A stretch of DNA of 63,597 nt, the filler included, from Octopus bimaculoides (lineage: Eukaryota), in assembly GCF_001194135.2 (NCBI RefSeq). It is 4 parts of 4 records of this genome, joined end to end, with 100 filler letters (N's around TTAATTAATTAA, not from the genome) between each part and the next. Parts side by side here need not be neighbours in the genome. Positions count along the whole stretch, not along the records: positions 1 to 31,492 come from NC_068996.1; 3 more parts are not named here. The stretch is one strand, 5' to 3'. Under the pieces are notes generated by a model, which was given only the letters and a program-made list of their open reading frames with translations, was not told where the DNA came from and searched no databases. Below, in pieces: positions 12,465 through 25,645 of this stretch. The translations under genes were made by a program, and so were the position numbers. Numbering within the stretch: the first letter of the stretch is position 1; each line of letters opens with the position of its first letter.

Positions 12465-13794
12465 NNNNNNNNNNNNNNNNNNNNNNNNNNNNNNNNNNNN
12501 NNNNNNNNNNNNNNNNNNNNNNNNNNNNNNNNNNNNNNNNNNNNNNNNNNNNNNNNNNNNNNNNNNNNNNNNNNNNNNNNNNNNNNNNNNNNNNNNNNNN
12601 NNNNNNNNNNNNNNNNNNNNNNNNNNNNNNNNNNNNNNNNNNNNNNNNNNNNNNNNNNNNNNNNNNNNNNNNNNNNNNNNNNNNNNNNNNNNNNNNNNNN
12701 NNNNNNNNNNNNNNNNNNNNNNNNNNNNNNNNNNNNNNNNNNNNNNNNNNNNNNNNNNNNNNNNNNNNNNNNNNNNNNNNNNNNNNNNNNNNNNNNNNNN
12801 NNNNNNNNNNNNNNNNNNNNNNNNNNNNNNNNNNNNNNNNNNNNNNNNNNNNNNNNNNNNNNNNNNNNNNNNNNNNNNNNNNNNNNNNCATAGGTACATT
12901 CGTAAGTAAACAATCAAGTAGGTAAATAGTTAGGTAGATAGATAGATAAATATAGAGATAGATAGGTAGGTAGGTACATAGGTAATACAGACAAATTAGC
13001 ACACGCATATGAAGACAAAAACACATGACCATATATGCACGTACACTCCACACACAAGCATAGACACAAATACATATATAGACACATGCATACACAACAG
13101 GCGCACGTGCATATACAAACTCATACTCATAAACACATTGAAACACGCACACACAAAGAAGTAGATGTACACACACAAACACACACATACATACATAAAC
13201 AGACACACAAACAGGCACGCACAGAGGGACAAATAAATAAGCAGAATACATACATACACGCATACATACATATACATGCATACATACATACATACATACA
13301 TACATACATTTATACATATCAAAGCACATGCACACGCTGTCATGCACAATCACGCACGCAGCAAAATCTTAAACAAACAAACGCGTCCTCTATAATGGAC
13401 CAAGTCACTCAGGAGGTTTCAAGAAGCGACGAAAAAAGTTTGACAAACGAAAACAAAACAATCGGACATAAATGAAACAAAACAATCGGATATATATAAT
13501 AAATGACTGGGATTGAAGCAGTAAGTGTTAATTATATTGGCATAATGACTCTCTCTAGACGCAACTAAATTTGTTTCAACACACGAATTCACATAAAGAA
13601 TCCTGCAAACCAAATAAAAAACTAAGCACACACACACACATATACATACAATGTTTACATATATATATATATATATATANNNNNNNNNNNNNNNNNNNNN
13701 NNNNNNNNNNNNNNNNATATATTTATATATATACATGTATATACATGTATATGTGTGTGTATTATATACATACATATACATATATATATGTATG

Positions 13795-13849
<55 letters not shown>

Positions 13850-14139
13850 TTACATATATGTATGTATACATATATACATACGTACATAAACAGACTGAAT
13901 GGTAACTGCTAGAGTATTATTATTCTTCATTGGATTCTGCTCGTCCAGCCTTGTACTAAATATCCATAACTGTGGCAACTACAACACCAGCGACAAAGAA
14001 GACGCCAAGACAAAGCAATACTAAACGTATTACAAAGTATATCCAAATTGTTAACAATTTCACTATATTAACTCTAATCTTGTTCTGTTAATTGTATCTT
14101 GCATTATTTTAGCTTGCTGAATAGTTGAACGGTTTGAGT

Positions 14140-14260
14140 GTCACACAAAATGCCTTGCGACATTTAGCTCGGCCCGCTTCTATTCTTAGTTCAAATCCTA
14201 GCGTGATCAGCTTTGCCTTTCATAGTTTTGGTGTCGATAAAATAAACTAAAATTCGAATA
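14140..14260 (+). mobile_element. SINE family B fragment, degenerate
   Basis: agttcaaatcctagcgtgatcagctttgcctttcatagttttggtgtcgataaaataa. Confidence 0.5.
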
Positions 14261-15012
14261 TTAGTTTTCGATATAACTGAATCAACAAAGATGGTCACAC
14301 CTTGATGGGCAGCTCTGATTATCGATAGGTCAATCAATTGACTTTATTTGTCTGGACCAGTGTGTAGAATAAGCAAATAGCAAATAAATCGTGTTTGGTT
14401 TACATATCTTATTTCGTACGATATCTAAAGCCAGTTTTATAGACTTTCAAATACAAATGTCAGTGGGAATTAAAAAGAAAACAAAAACAAGCTAAGATGA
14501 GTGGCTGAGTAAATGATTTGATTGTAGGCAACAGAATCATGAAACTTGTCGAGAGATTTTCCTAAATTTAGCCAAATAATCTCATTTATAAAAGTATACA
14601 GAAAAATAAATAGGCGATCGTCTGTATTGGTGACATTTAATCCATGAATGCTATACAAGTTCCTTAGCGGGTTGAAGTGAATTCTTTAGATCTTTTTTAA
14701 GAAAGAGGAAACGAAACTGAGTTAGAAAGTGAACGGAAGTTCGTTGTCCTCAAGACTGACTAAAGTAATTTATTTAAGCCTATTTCAGCCTTGATTGAAC
14801 AAACCTGTGTTCAAATGCGTCACTCCATTGAGCATTTCCTCATTTGCAAGACAAAGTATATTCAGGGCTACATTAACCTACATGTTCTTACTTAATTAAC
14901 AAATATTGTGTGATATGGGCGCTGCTAGACTGCCATTTTTCAGAAGATGAGTGATCAGTAACTAACTCTCATCGTATGTGTGTTTAAAATGTAACATTAC
15001 TTAGACTTTTGA

Positions 15013-15200
15013 TCAAAAGAAAAGGCGGTGCCGTTGCCCCTTTAGAAGATGTAAGAGATGGAGAAAAGTGTCCTTGAAATGGAAACTTGTCTTGGGTGCT
15101 GTAGTAGAGTGGACTTCGCTAAAGATATCCACTATGTTAGCTGATGGTGTTAAGCTGGGTGAAAGGTTAACTCTAGCAACCAAGTCGGTCCTGAAGGGAT
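15013..15200 (-). CDS. Candidate terminal coding exon of an unidentified gene
   Basis: Pyrimidine-rich acceptor ctccttgtgttttaatttcag|AT; phase-1 frame (D)PFRTDLVARVNLSPSLTPSANIVDIFSEVHSTTAPKTSFHFKDTFLHLLHLLKGQRHRLFF*; minus-strand AATAAA at 14769-14774; product not recognised. Confidence 0.3.
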
Positions 15201-15379
15201 CTGAAATTAAAACACAAGGAGTCGGAACTAGCATCACAAGGTATCCAACTCGATGCTCTATGAATTCTATATATCCGATACCCTGGATTAGTATTTTGTT
15301 CTTGGTACTCTGTGGATTACGATAACGGATGTTCCATTTGCTTCAATCAGTGGGACATTCTGCAAGTGAAATTAGCATA

Positions 15380-15539
15380 GGCGCAGGAGTGGCTGTGTGG
15401 TAAGTAGCTTGCTTACCAATCACATGGTTCCGAGTTCAGTCCCACTGCGTGGCACCTTGCGCAAGTGTCTTCTACTATAGCCTCGGGTCGACCAAAGCCT
15501 TGTGAGTGGATTTGGTAGACGGAAACTGAAAGTTCGTCG

Positions 15540-15584
<45 letters not shown>

Positions 15585-15895
15585 NNNNNNNNNNNNNNNN
15601 NNNNNNNNNNNNNNNNNNNNNNNNNNNNNNNNNNNNTATATATTGTGTGTGTGTGTGTCTGTGTGTGTGTGTGTGTGTGTATGTTTGCGTGTTTGTGTTT
15701 GTTCCCCCAACATCGCTTGACAACCGATGTTGGTGTGTTTATGACCCCGTAACCTAGCGGTTCGGCAAAAGAGACCGATAGAATAAGTACTGGGCATCCA
15801 TAGAATAAGTCCTGGGGTCGATTTGCTCGACTAAAGGCAGTGCTCCAGCATGGCCGCAGTCAAATGACTGAGACAAGTAAAAGAGTAAAAAACTA
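15380..15895 (+). mobile_element. tRNA-derived SINE family A, near full length with internal microsatellite and gap
   Basis: ggcgcaggagtggctgtgtggtaag...ggttccgagttcagtccc (A/B-box-like head), ccttgcgcaagtgtcttctactatagcctcggg core, tail ...agcatggccgcagtcaaatgactgagacaagtaaaag. Confidence 0.9.
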
Positions 15896-15904
15896 AAAGA
15901 GTAT

Positions 15905-16160
15905 GCAAGCGAAGTTAACGCTGAGAACTCCACAGACCACGTGGCTGTTAACATAGTTCTCAGTCAGATCCAGTGTGACACAGACTGTGAAAGACTGGCC
16001 CTTCGAAATACAGGGACGACTCATTTTCGCCAGCTAAGTGGACTGGGGCCACGTGAAATAAAATGTCTTGCTGAAAGACGCAACGCACTACCGGGAAACG
16101 AACTCTTGACCTTACGAACATGAGCGGAATACTCTAACCACAAAGCCACGCATCTGCACA
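15905..16160 (-). mobile_element. tRNA-derived SINE family C
   Basis: Reverse complement has the head gcgtggctttgtggttagagtattc...gagttcgtttccc and core cagcaagacattttatttcacgt shared with 32974-33262. Confidence 0.8.
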
Positions 16161-16169
16161 CGGCACTAC

Positions 16170-16262
16170 TTTGTTACCGACTCTGGAAAGATCAAAGACA
16201 AGGCTGACTTCGACAAAATTTAAACTCAGAGCGCAGAGAATCGAAACAAGTGCCATGAAGCT
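16170..16262 (-). mobile_element. SINE family B fragment, degenerate
   Basis: gaaagatcaaagacaaggctgacttcgacaaaatttaaactcagagcg resembles the reverse complement of the family B core. Confidence 0.5.
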
Positions 16263-16857
16263 TTGTTCCTGAGTGATGTGGTCACTAAGAGAGTGATGTG
16301 GTCACTATGAGAGAAGGACAAACAATTTTTTTGTTGTTCAACTCCTGACAAAACAGTGTTATTAACCAAATTATTCGAGTTATGACCATGACGTCTTGTC
16401 ATATATCTCCTGCTTCATTATACAATGTTGTCTATTTTATCAATCATTAAATTGTAATTTAAGAGATATTTGATTGCTATCTCTAGATCACTCGACCAGG
16501 TAGCCACTCTCTGACACATTTTAAAGGGGCTTCATACCCGTATGCTTAGAGGTCCCTAACAACCATTTAGGGGTTATCTTTGTATTCAGATCGGGTCGTT
16601 ATTTCGCCTCAGGCGATTTCTTTATGTAATTCTCAAAAGTATGATGCAAGTGTGAAAAGTATGGAAATCGAATTAGATATAAAAATCTAACCGATGGGCA
16701 TCTATACAGTTTCCATCCACCCGAATGACATAACATGAATTGAGTCTTCCTGAGGTTATAATAAAGATACTTGCTCGTGGTGAAGTTCAGGGGAACGAAC
16801 ATGCGGTCACGTGCTTGCGAAGCCAATTTCTTAACTATTCTAACATGAATGCCTCCG

Positions 16858-16976
<119 letters not shown>

Positions 16977-18199
16977 ACGCACACACACACACACACACAG
17001 ACACATCTGTTTCCTTTTCGATGTCTCTGCTACGTATTTCTCTTTCTCTTCATATATTTCTATATATATATACACACACCATGATAAATATAGCATGTAC
17101 ATTAAACGAAAATATATTATTAATATGGCATGTTGCACTGACGTACATTTCCCAAAATTAGTAACAATAAACCTACATAAAACATAAGTTAATTCTACCA
17201 AAGACTTTCTATGAATATAGAAAAATATCTACGTCGTCACTTCATAAGTTCTTTTAACTTGAAACTGTTTCTAATTAATATAAAAGTAATAAATCATAAC
17301 TATAATTTTAGATAGTGAAATGGGAGTCTCTCAGATATCTTAAATAAAAGAATATATTATTTTTTATTGGTTTAGAGAGAGCAATAATGCGAAAAGTGTT
17401 CTTTAAAACCTTTAGTAGTAAAATATTGATTTAATAAAAATCATAAAAATGTAATATTTTAAAATTTTCTGATTTCCCATTTTGATGTATTTCATGTCCT
17501 TACTTTTAAATTTCACATCCTGCTAACTTTTAAAACCCATTCAACTCTTTGGTTTTCCTATTCGAATATAGTTCTTTGGTAGCGTAATTAATAATATTTC
17601 AATTCCAGACCCGTCTCTCTCTCTCTCTCTCTACGATTGGGAATACATGTGGAACAAATTGTATCATGATTGGATTTGTGATATTATGAAGACTCATATT
17701 TCGATAATATATACCAAGGGAAGAGAAAATATTCGTCGAAATTAGAAGCACCAAAACAACTGCAACAGGAACAGCAACATAGCAAAATCAGATGGATAAT
17801 GAAAGAATCAAAAGAAGGAAAAAAAAAAAAGAGTTATTTCAAGAGATAACTGGTTTAACATTTAGCCTCGATTGAGATAGCTGTGGTGCCTTTGATAATT
17901 ATTCTCCCGTGTGTTGCAATTTTTCTTTTAAAATCAAGTGAAGCTCATCTATCTCTTGGTGGGCAAAAAGAATACTACTTCCGTGTTTCATGTATTTAAT
18001 TGGATTTTCCGAAACAACGACTGACCTCAAAACTAATAAGGCTGCACATAGCTAAAAGTGCGTGATCTGAGAGAAACATTGTTATTTTATGTTCCAATTT
18101 GTCAGAAATGGAGTGTATAATGTTACAAAAAGCCAGGAACAGATGAATAACCATGAAACCATTTTGTGGTTAATAATTGTTTCTGGTTAAGGCAAAAGA

Positions 18200-18355
18200 C
18201 TAGTAGCTTTGAGGGAAGGGGTTAGTCGATACCAACGACCCCGAAAGGATAAAAAGTAGAATTGACATTAACGGGATCAGAACGCAAAACGCGAAGAGCT
18301 AGATCAAATACACAAGGCATTTTCCGTCGCTCTAACTATTCTACCAGCTCGTCAT
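18200..18355 (-). mobile_element. SINE family B
   Basis: gaccccgaaaggataaaaagtag...ctaactattctaccagctcgtc. Confidence 0.7.
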
Positions 18356-18896
18356 TTTAACATTAATAATATACGTAGTCATTAGAAATAATGACTATAC
18401 ATAAATTATAGCAATTAATATGTATGTATGCATGCATTTATTTATTTATTTATTTATTTATTATTAGTAACAGAAGCAGTGTTCGTCTGGAGAAAGCATC
18501 TCTTACAGATATATAGTGTTAAAAGCACATAAATATGTCACTACTTTCTCGAGAGGAATGCTTCAGTTTATAATGTTTTGAACGACGTATCTGATCTAAA
18601 TATGATACACAGTTTGCTATTATCTACGAATTCTATTTCTGTTGGTATCAGAAAATATTTATTCAGCCTGCCGACCAATTTCCACCAGTCGTCCTTCTTC
18701 AATCACTGTTTTACTAAATCAGTAATGTGACTGATTTTGTCTTAGCATACCGATACCAGTGGATATTTGCTACTGATGAGATGAAGCTCAAAGAGGCAGA
18801 AATACTGATTTCGCAATGCTACCACCGAAGCCAGATGATCTTCGTCTGCTGCTCATATATCTGTTATTAATATGTGTGTGCGCGCATGTGTATGTT

Positions 18897-18947
<51 letters not shown>

Positions 18948-19478
18948 GAGATGTATCTGCTTTAAGTATGCTACACTGATACACACACATATACATATAC
19001 AGATATACACAGTCGCATCACAAATGAAGAGTGGAGATTATGGAATTACAATTGTTTCAACAATTTGCAGGTGGCTAATCGAGCTTCATGTCTATAGACA
19101 TGGCTAATAACAACGATTTCGTCATGCATATTATGCGACGTATATTATGTAACAACATTTGTAAGTAATTTAATCATAAGCGATTGAATACATATAATAG
19201 TATTACAATTTCCGTTATTCTACTTTAATAAGAAAAGTTCTGCGCTTGATTACAGGGGCTGAGGCTAAGATTTAGAATGTCAGCATGAAGAATAACAGGC
19301 AGATCTCTTCCATTTGTTGATATTATAATTAAATCTGTGGTATTCGTGAGCCGAATACCTCTAACCACTAAGCCACGTGCTTTCATTTTATGTGTTTGGA
19401 ATATGATGATACGCCATAAAGCCAGGCCCGTTATGGACGTGAAACCTACAGTAAATCCCATAAACCGGCCTTATCTAA

Positions 19479-19534
<56 letters not shown>

Positions 19535-20481
19535 NNNNNNNNNNNNNNNNNNNNNNNNNNNNNNNNNNNNNNNNNNNNNNNNNNNNNNNNNNNNNNNNNN
19601 NNNNNNNNNNNNNNNNNNNNNNNNNNNNNNNNNNNNNNNNNNNNNNNNNNNNNNNNNNNNNNNNNNNNNNNNNNNNNNNNNNNNNNNNNNNNNNNNNNNN
19701 NNNNNNNNNNNNNNNNNNNNNNNNNNNNNNNNNNNNNNNNNNNNNNNNNNNNNNNNNNNNNNNNNNNNNNNNNNNNNNNNNNNNNNNNNNNNNNNNNNNN
19801 NNNNNNNNNNNNNNNNNNNNNNNNNNNNNNNNNNNNNNNNNNNNNNNNNNNNNNNNNNNNNNNNNNNNNNNNNNNNNNNNNNNNNNNNNNNNNNNNNNNN
19901 NNNNNNNNNNNNNNNNNNNNNNNNNNNNNNNNNNNNNNNNNNNNNNNNNNNNNNNNNNNNNNNNNNNNNNNNNNNNNNNNNNNNNNNNNNNNNNNNNNNN
20001 NNNNNNNNNNNNNNNNNNNNNNNNNNNNNNNNNNNNNNNNNNNNNNNNNNNNNNNNNNNNNNNNNNNNNNNNNNNNNNNNNNNNNNNNNNNNNNNNNNNN
20101 NNNNNNNNNNNNNNNNNNNNNNNNNNNNNNNNNNNNNNNNNNNNNNNNNNNNNNNNNNNNNNNNNNNNNNNNNNNNNNNNNNNNNNNNNNNNNNNNNNNN
20201 NNNNNNNNNNNNNNNNNNNNNNNNNNNNNNNNNNNNNNNNNNNNNNNNNNNNNNNNNNNNNNNNNNNNNNNNNNNNNNNNNNNNNNNNNNNNNNNNNNNN
20301 NNNNNNNNNNNNNNNNNNNNNNNNNNNNNNNNNNNNNNNNNNNNNNNNNNNNNNNNNNNNNNNNNNNNNNNNNNNNNNNNNNNNNNNNNNNNNNNNTATA
20401 TATATATATATATATACACACACGTTTGTATATATGAATATTTATATACATACACACCTACTTATATATTTATACTTGCAT

Positions 20482-20527
<46 letters not shown>

Positions 20528-21068
20528 ACAAACACACATAAATACATTGTATTATATTATATATTGAAATTGATGTTACCAACGATTAACACTGCTTTAC
20601 AAGTAGTAAATGAGGCAATATTCTGAGAATATAAAAGCAGCACCTTTCTCGAAGAGAAAATTGAACTTTTATGGAGTTACGGCACGTACATAGAGCATCA
20701 TCGGGAACAACCTATTTGAAGTCCTCCATGTAGTATTAGATGGTTCTCCCTAGATTTCCATGCATGCAAACAGATGCAAAGATACACAGATATTTATAAC
20801 ATATGCACATTCTCCTACTCATATATATGTATATACATGAATAAAAATACGCAGACACATAAATACCACCGTTGACACACATGTTCACACACAGAGGTAG
20901 GTATATAAACACACATAGATAATTTTACACATGCATACGTACATACCACACGCATATAGGCATGTGCACAAATATCCATACATGCGTACATATATATACA
21001 TACATAAATACATACATATAGGTAGTTACCTATCATACACATCTCTTACACAAACACACATGTACACA

Positions 21069-21169
<101 letters not shown>

Positions 21170-21274
21170 CCTCTCTTTCTCTCGCTCTAATTACACATAC
21201 TCACAAACATATGTTAGTACCCATATTCGCTATTGAGTATATTTGCCTCTAGAAACACGAGTATACGTATTATG

Positions 21275-21329
<55 letters not shown>

Positions 21330-22169
21330 ATGTCTCTGTGTGTGTGCGTGAGTGTGCGTGTGCATGCATCTTCAGTGTGGGTGTCTTTGTGTGTATGCCT
21401 GTGTACGAGAATGGACATACGTTACGAATATACACGCGTATATGTATGCATTTGTGACTGAATGTGTTTGTATTCTTAAAATATGTATGTTAATGTGAAC
21501 TTAAACATTCATACATAGTGGGCATACACGCACAGACGTACATACTTACATATATACTTACATACATATATACATACATATATAACATGCATACAAACAT
21601 ACATACGCACGGACGTACATACATACTTGCATACATACATACTTGCATATAGCATGTATACAAACATATATATACATACGTTTGTACATGCATGGACGCA
21701 TATATGTGTGTGCGTGTGTTTGTGTTTGTGTGTGTGTGTGTGTGTGTGTATACATATATATCTACATGATGCAAACATACATACGAACATGGAACATGTA
21801 TACGTATGCACACAGTAATACTCCCGCTTATGATCAAGAAATGAAGACGAAAAATCAGAAAAGAAACAAACACGAAAAAAGCAAAAAGAAAAAAAAAACT
21901 ACAGCGTAAACAAATCAACGAAAAATACAGAAAGAATTTGTGGAAATACAAGAAAAGTCTTTAGTTTCTCTAAGATGCCAATAGGGAAATAATTGTGTCT
22001 ACTTAACTAAGTCCTTCCTTTCGTTTTTCTTTTTCCTCTTCTACATTTCTCCCAAGATGGTGAAATGTAATTCTATGTAATATTAAATAAGAGATGCACA
22101 ACATAATTTTCGGTCTATTTACTTAAAGATAGTGGAAAAGGAGAAGAATAGGAGGGGAGGGAGGGAGGA

Positions 22170-22334
22170 GGAGAAGAAGAAGAAGAAGAAGAAGAAGAAG
22201 AAGAAGAAGAAGAAGAAGAAGAAGAAGAAGAAGAAGAAGAAGAAGAAGAAGAAGAAGAAAAAGAAGAAGAAGAAGAGGATGTGGAGGCGGAGGCGGAAGA
22301 AGACGAACAAGGAGAAGATGAGGAAGAAGATGGA

Positions 22335-22379
<45 letters not shown>

Positions 22380-22485
22380 GATGATGATGAGGATGATGAT
22401 GATGATGATGGTATATATGACCGATGATGAAAATGACAATGATAATGATGATGAATATGATGATGATGATGATGATGGCGATGAC

Positions 22486-22517
<32 letters not shown>

Positions 22518-22645
22518 GGAGGAGGAGGAGGAGGATGGTGGTGATGATGGTGCCGGCGGTGGTTGGTGGTGGTGGTCATGATGGAAGTGAAGATGACGAT
22601 GAACATGGCGATGATGATGATTATGATGGTGATGATGATGATTAT
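22170..22645. repeat. Compound trinucleotide block (AAG)n-(GAT)n-(GAG)n-(GGT)n
   Basis: Directly visible; source of the poly-K, M, D, S and H ORFs. Confidence 0.95.
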
Positions 22646-22854
22646 GATGGTGATGATGATGAGTAAAAAGAACCCAAATGTCGAGAGAAAGAAAAACTTA
22701 TGAAGGAGTGCAAAAGAAGAAGAAAAAAAGGAAAGAGGTGAAAGTAAAATGAGAAAGAAGTAGAAAGGATGTGAAGGAGGGAAATAGTACTGCTACTGCT
22801 CATAATAATAGTTATTACAATAAAAATATTAATGGTAATAACTCTGTAATTTTG

Positions 22855-23055
22855 GCACAAGGTCAATAAGTTTTGAGGGGAACGGGTAAGGCGACCCCAG
22901 ATTTTGACTGATATTTTATTGTATCGGCACGAAAAGATGAAAGGTAAAGTCGACCTTGGTGATATTTAAATATAGAATATAAAGTGCCGGAAGAAATGCT
23001 GCTAAGCATTCTCGTCCGGCGCAGTAACGAATTTACATACTTGCCGTTTCGTGTC
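22855..23055 (-). mobile_element. SINE family B
   Basis: gaaaagatgaaaggtaaagtcgaccttgg...tgctaagcattctcgtccggcgcagtaacg...cttgccg. Confidence 0.8.
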
Positions 23056-23399
23056 AAAAGTAAAATAAGAGAGAATTTAAATGCAACAAGAGACGCTCAC
23101 AGACATAAATACACACGCACAAACACACACACACAAACAAACATATACACACAAATACATACACACATGCAACCACACAAATACACGCACAAATACACAC
23201 ACACAAACACACACAATACACACATATGTACACACACAAACAAACACACACGCACACACACACAAATACACACACATACATGCAAACGCGCAAACACATA
23301 CAACTGCACACACATGCACACACACAAACGAACACACAAATACACACACACACACACAAACAAACACATGCACACAAACACACACATGTACACACACAA

Positions 23400-23437
<38 letters not shown>

Positions 23438-23504
23438 GGTGTCTCATAAATATGGGAAGCTGTTTATTTGTAATTTACAAGAACGTAATTATAATGGTTT
23501 CGAA

Positions 23505-23745
23505 TTTTTCAACACTAAGCCAGCAACTTTTAGGAAAGGGGTTAATTGATTTCATCGACCCAGGTACTTGACTTGTACTTATTTTATCGACCCCGGAGGA
23601 ATGGAAGGCAAACTTGATCCTGGTGGAATTTTAAGTCTTCTGAATTCAAAGAATCGGAAAGAGTTCCAAAATATACATCTAGGCATTTTTTCCAAAGGCT
23701 CCAATGATTCTGCTAGCTCAACACCTTGATCGTGTTTACAATAAA
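23505..23745 (-). mobile_element. SINE family B
   Basis: atcgacccaggtact...ttttatcgaccccggaggaatggaaggcaaacttgatcc...ctgctagctcaacacc. Confidence 0.75.
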
Positions 23746-23812
23746 TATGCTTGTTCCACTGCTAGTTACTTGCGTTTAAAATATATCCCATCATTATGTG
23801 ATATACTCTATA

Positions 23813-23992
23813 CAAGGGAGTGCTGGAAAGTTCCTCGCTATCGCCAAAGGCCTGGTTGGAGTGGAGGCTCAGCCATCTGAATTCTTTTACAGGGCATAGA
23901 AAAACTGAAGGACCGTTGCAATAAGTGTGTGAATCTGAAAGTAGGATATATTGAATAAATTTATAATTAACTCTTCCTCCTGTATTTTCTTT
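23813..23992 (+). mobile_element. Mariner-derived MITE, right end missing
   Basis: TA-caagggagtgctggaaagttcc TIR; internal agaaaaactgaaggaccgttgcaataagtgtgtgaatctg encodes a mariner C-terminus (EKLKDRCNKCVNL). Confidence 0.8.
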
Positions 23993-24329
23993 TATATAAT
24001 AACAATAAATGGACCAAAACGCATATAAATAAAAGTTCCTTTAATTCCTACATATGTTTCAAAATATATGTGCACTCTACTACAAAGAAGTAAGAGCTGC
24101 TTGAATTGCACATATATTCATCGTCAGGGAACCACGTTATTATTCCTGTCTACTCAAAATGCATCGCTTTAAGTTGGTATCTCTACCTATAAAACAGGTG
24201 TGATATCCTGTTTTTTTGTGTGATTTTTGCTACCCATGGTAACTATTAACATATTTACATTGTCAAGGTATTTTTTAAAACTGAGATAATATTAATATAT
24301 GTAGAAACTAATATATATATATATTAATA

Positions 24330-24391
<62 letters not shown>

Positions 24392-24468
24392 TTCNNNNNN
24401 NNNNNNNNNNNNNNNNNNNNNNNNNNNNNNNNNNNNNNNNNNNNNNNNNNNNNNNNNNNNNNNNNNNN

Positions 24469-24515
<47 letters not shown>

Positions 24516-24523
<8 letters not shown>

Positions 24524-24723
24524 TTCTGGAAAGTTTCTGGCTTTAAGGGTATTGTGAGAAACATGGTTCGGGTCCCAAACTTCCAAGTTCTTTTACAGGG
24601 CTTAGAAAAACTGAAGGACCACTGTGATAAGAATATGAATCTGAGAAGGGTTGATTAAAATCATAATTAAATGATCACCCTGTATTTTCGTGTTCCCAGA
24701 ACCAAGAACTTTTCAGCATTCAT
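24516..24723 (+). mobile_element. Mariner-derived MITE, same family
   Basis: gagggtattctggaaagtttctggctttaaggg...GLEKLKDHCDKNMNLR...gaacttttcagcattc. Confidence 0.8.
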
Positions 24724-25344
24724 GAACATTCATAGAAATATTCATGTAACGGTGGCGTTGCTATTGTAACATATTGTACACTGCAATTTCACTCCCCATG
24801 GTTATCTAAGAGGATAAGTAGTTCAACTTGAAAAGCTGGCCGTGCAACTGAACAAGCTCCACAGATGTGACAGACTTCATGTGGCTAATACTTACATTGT
24901 TGTAAGGTTTCTTATCACAATGGGAATGAGAAATGAGATGAAATAAATGACGAGAAATCAACGTTGTACAAATCGCAAATAATAGTACATTGAAGTGACC
25001 AAATATACTTCGCTGATGTTCAAGAAATATTCCATGTAGGTGAAACTGTGTAAGTATTTGGAAAACAATTTTGTAATAAATGTCAGCTGCTTATGAATTC
25101 CCAAGACACTTATCTTTAAATGAGCAATATCCATTTGAAAGAAAAAATTGGAAGAATGTGTTGAAAAGCGTTGCCATAATTGTACCCATAAATGTTAAGA
25201 TTCAATTGGCCTTAAATAATCAACTACTAAAAGAAGAACAAAAACGGTAGTCAACGACAGTGAAAATTCCAGAATTTGGAATATTATCGCTCGAATATCG
25301 CTATTTTATGATAATTCTATCGACTCATTAGTTTGTATACTTCA

Positions 25345-25645
25345 AGTCAGAGATATTATATAACCTTGATGGTTGTTATACACCCATTCAGAGACATTTT
25401 GTAACGCTTTTGTTTTATAAACATTCAGTCATAGATATTTCATAACCCTTTTTTAGATAATCATAGTTATTTAATAACCTTTTCATTTTATATATATTAA
25501 GTCAGATGATCCTACGCCATTGCTAGTAAATTTAAAGTTGATCAGAGTATTCTATAATCTTGTTAGTTTAAAAGCCCAGTCAGAGACATTACGTAATATT
25601 CTTGGTTTATATACGCTCAGTCAGGATCATTCTATAACATCCATG
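25345..25645. repeat. Degenerate minisatellite, about 41-bp period, 8 units
   Basis: Core AGTCAGAGACATTNTATAACCTT-like motif starts at 25345, 25386, 25427, 25459, 25500, 25540, 25578 and 25619. Confidence 0.75.

Noticed and set aside
18640-18715. Minus-strand VIEEGRLVEIGRQAE resembling an ABC transporter C-terminus
   Set aside because: Only 15 residues, no flanking ABC motifs anywhere in the window; chance similarity
22115-22666. Poly-His, Ser, Lys, Met and Asp ORFs (also 47753-48532)
   Set aside because: Pure trinucleotide microsatellites, open in several frames on both strands, with no unique coding sequence or splice context
24341-24526. Duplicated (AG)n-gagggtattc on both sides of a gap
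   Set aside because: Most likely overlapping contig ends; the same applies to repeats across the small gaps at 63315-63440
25345-25645. CRISPR-like repeat-spacer array
   Set aside because: Eukaryotic context, degenerate repeats, related linkers and no cas genes
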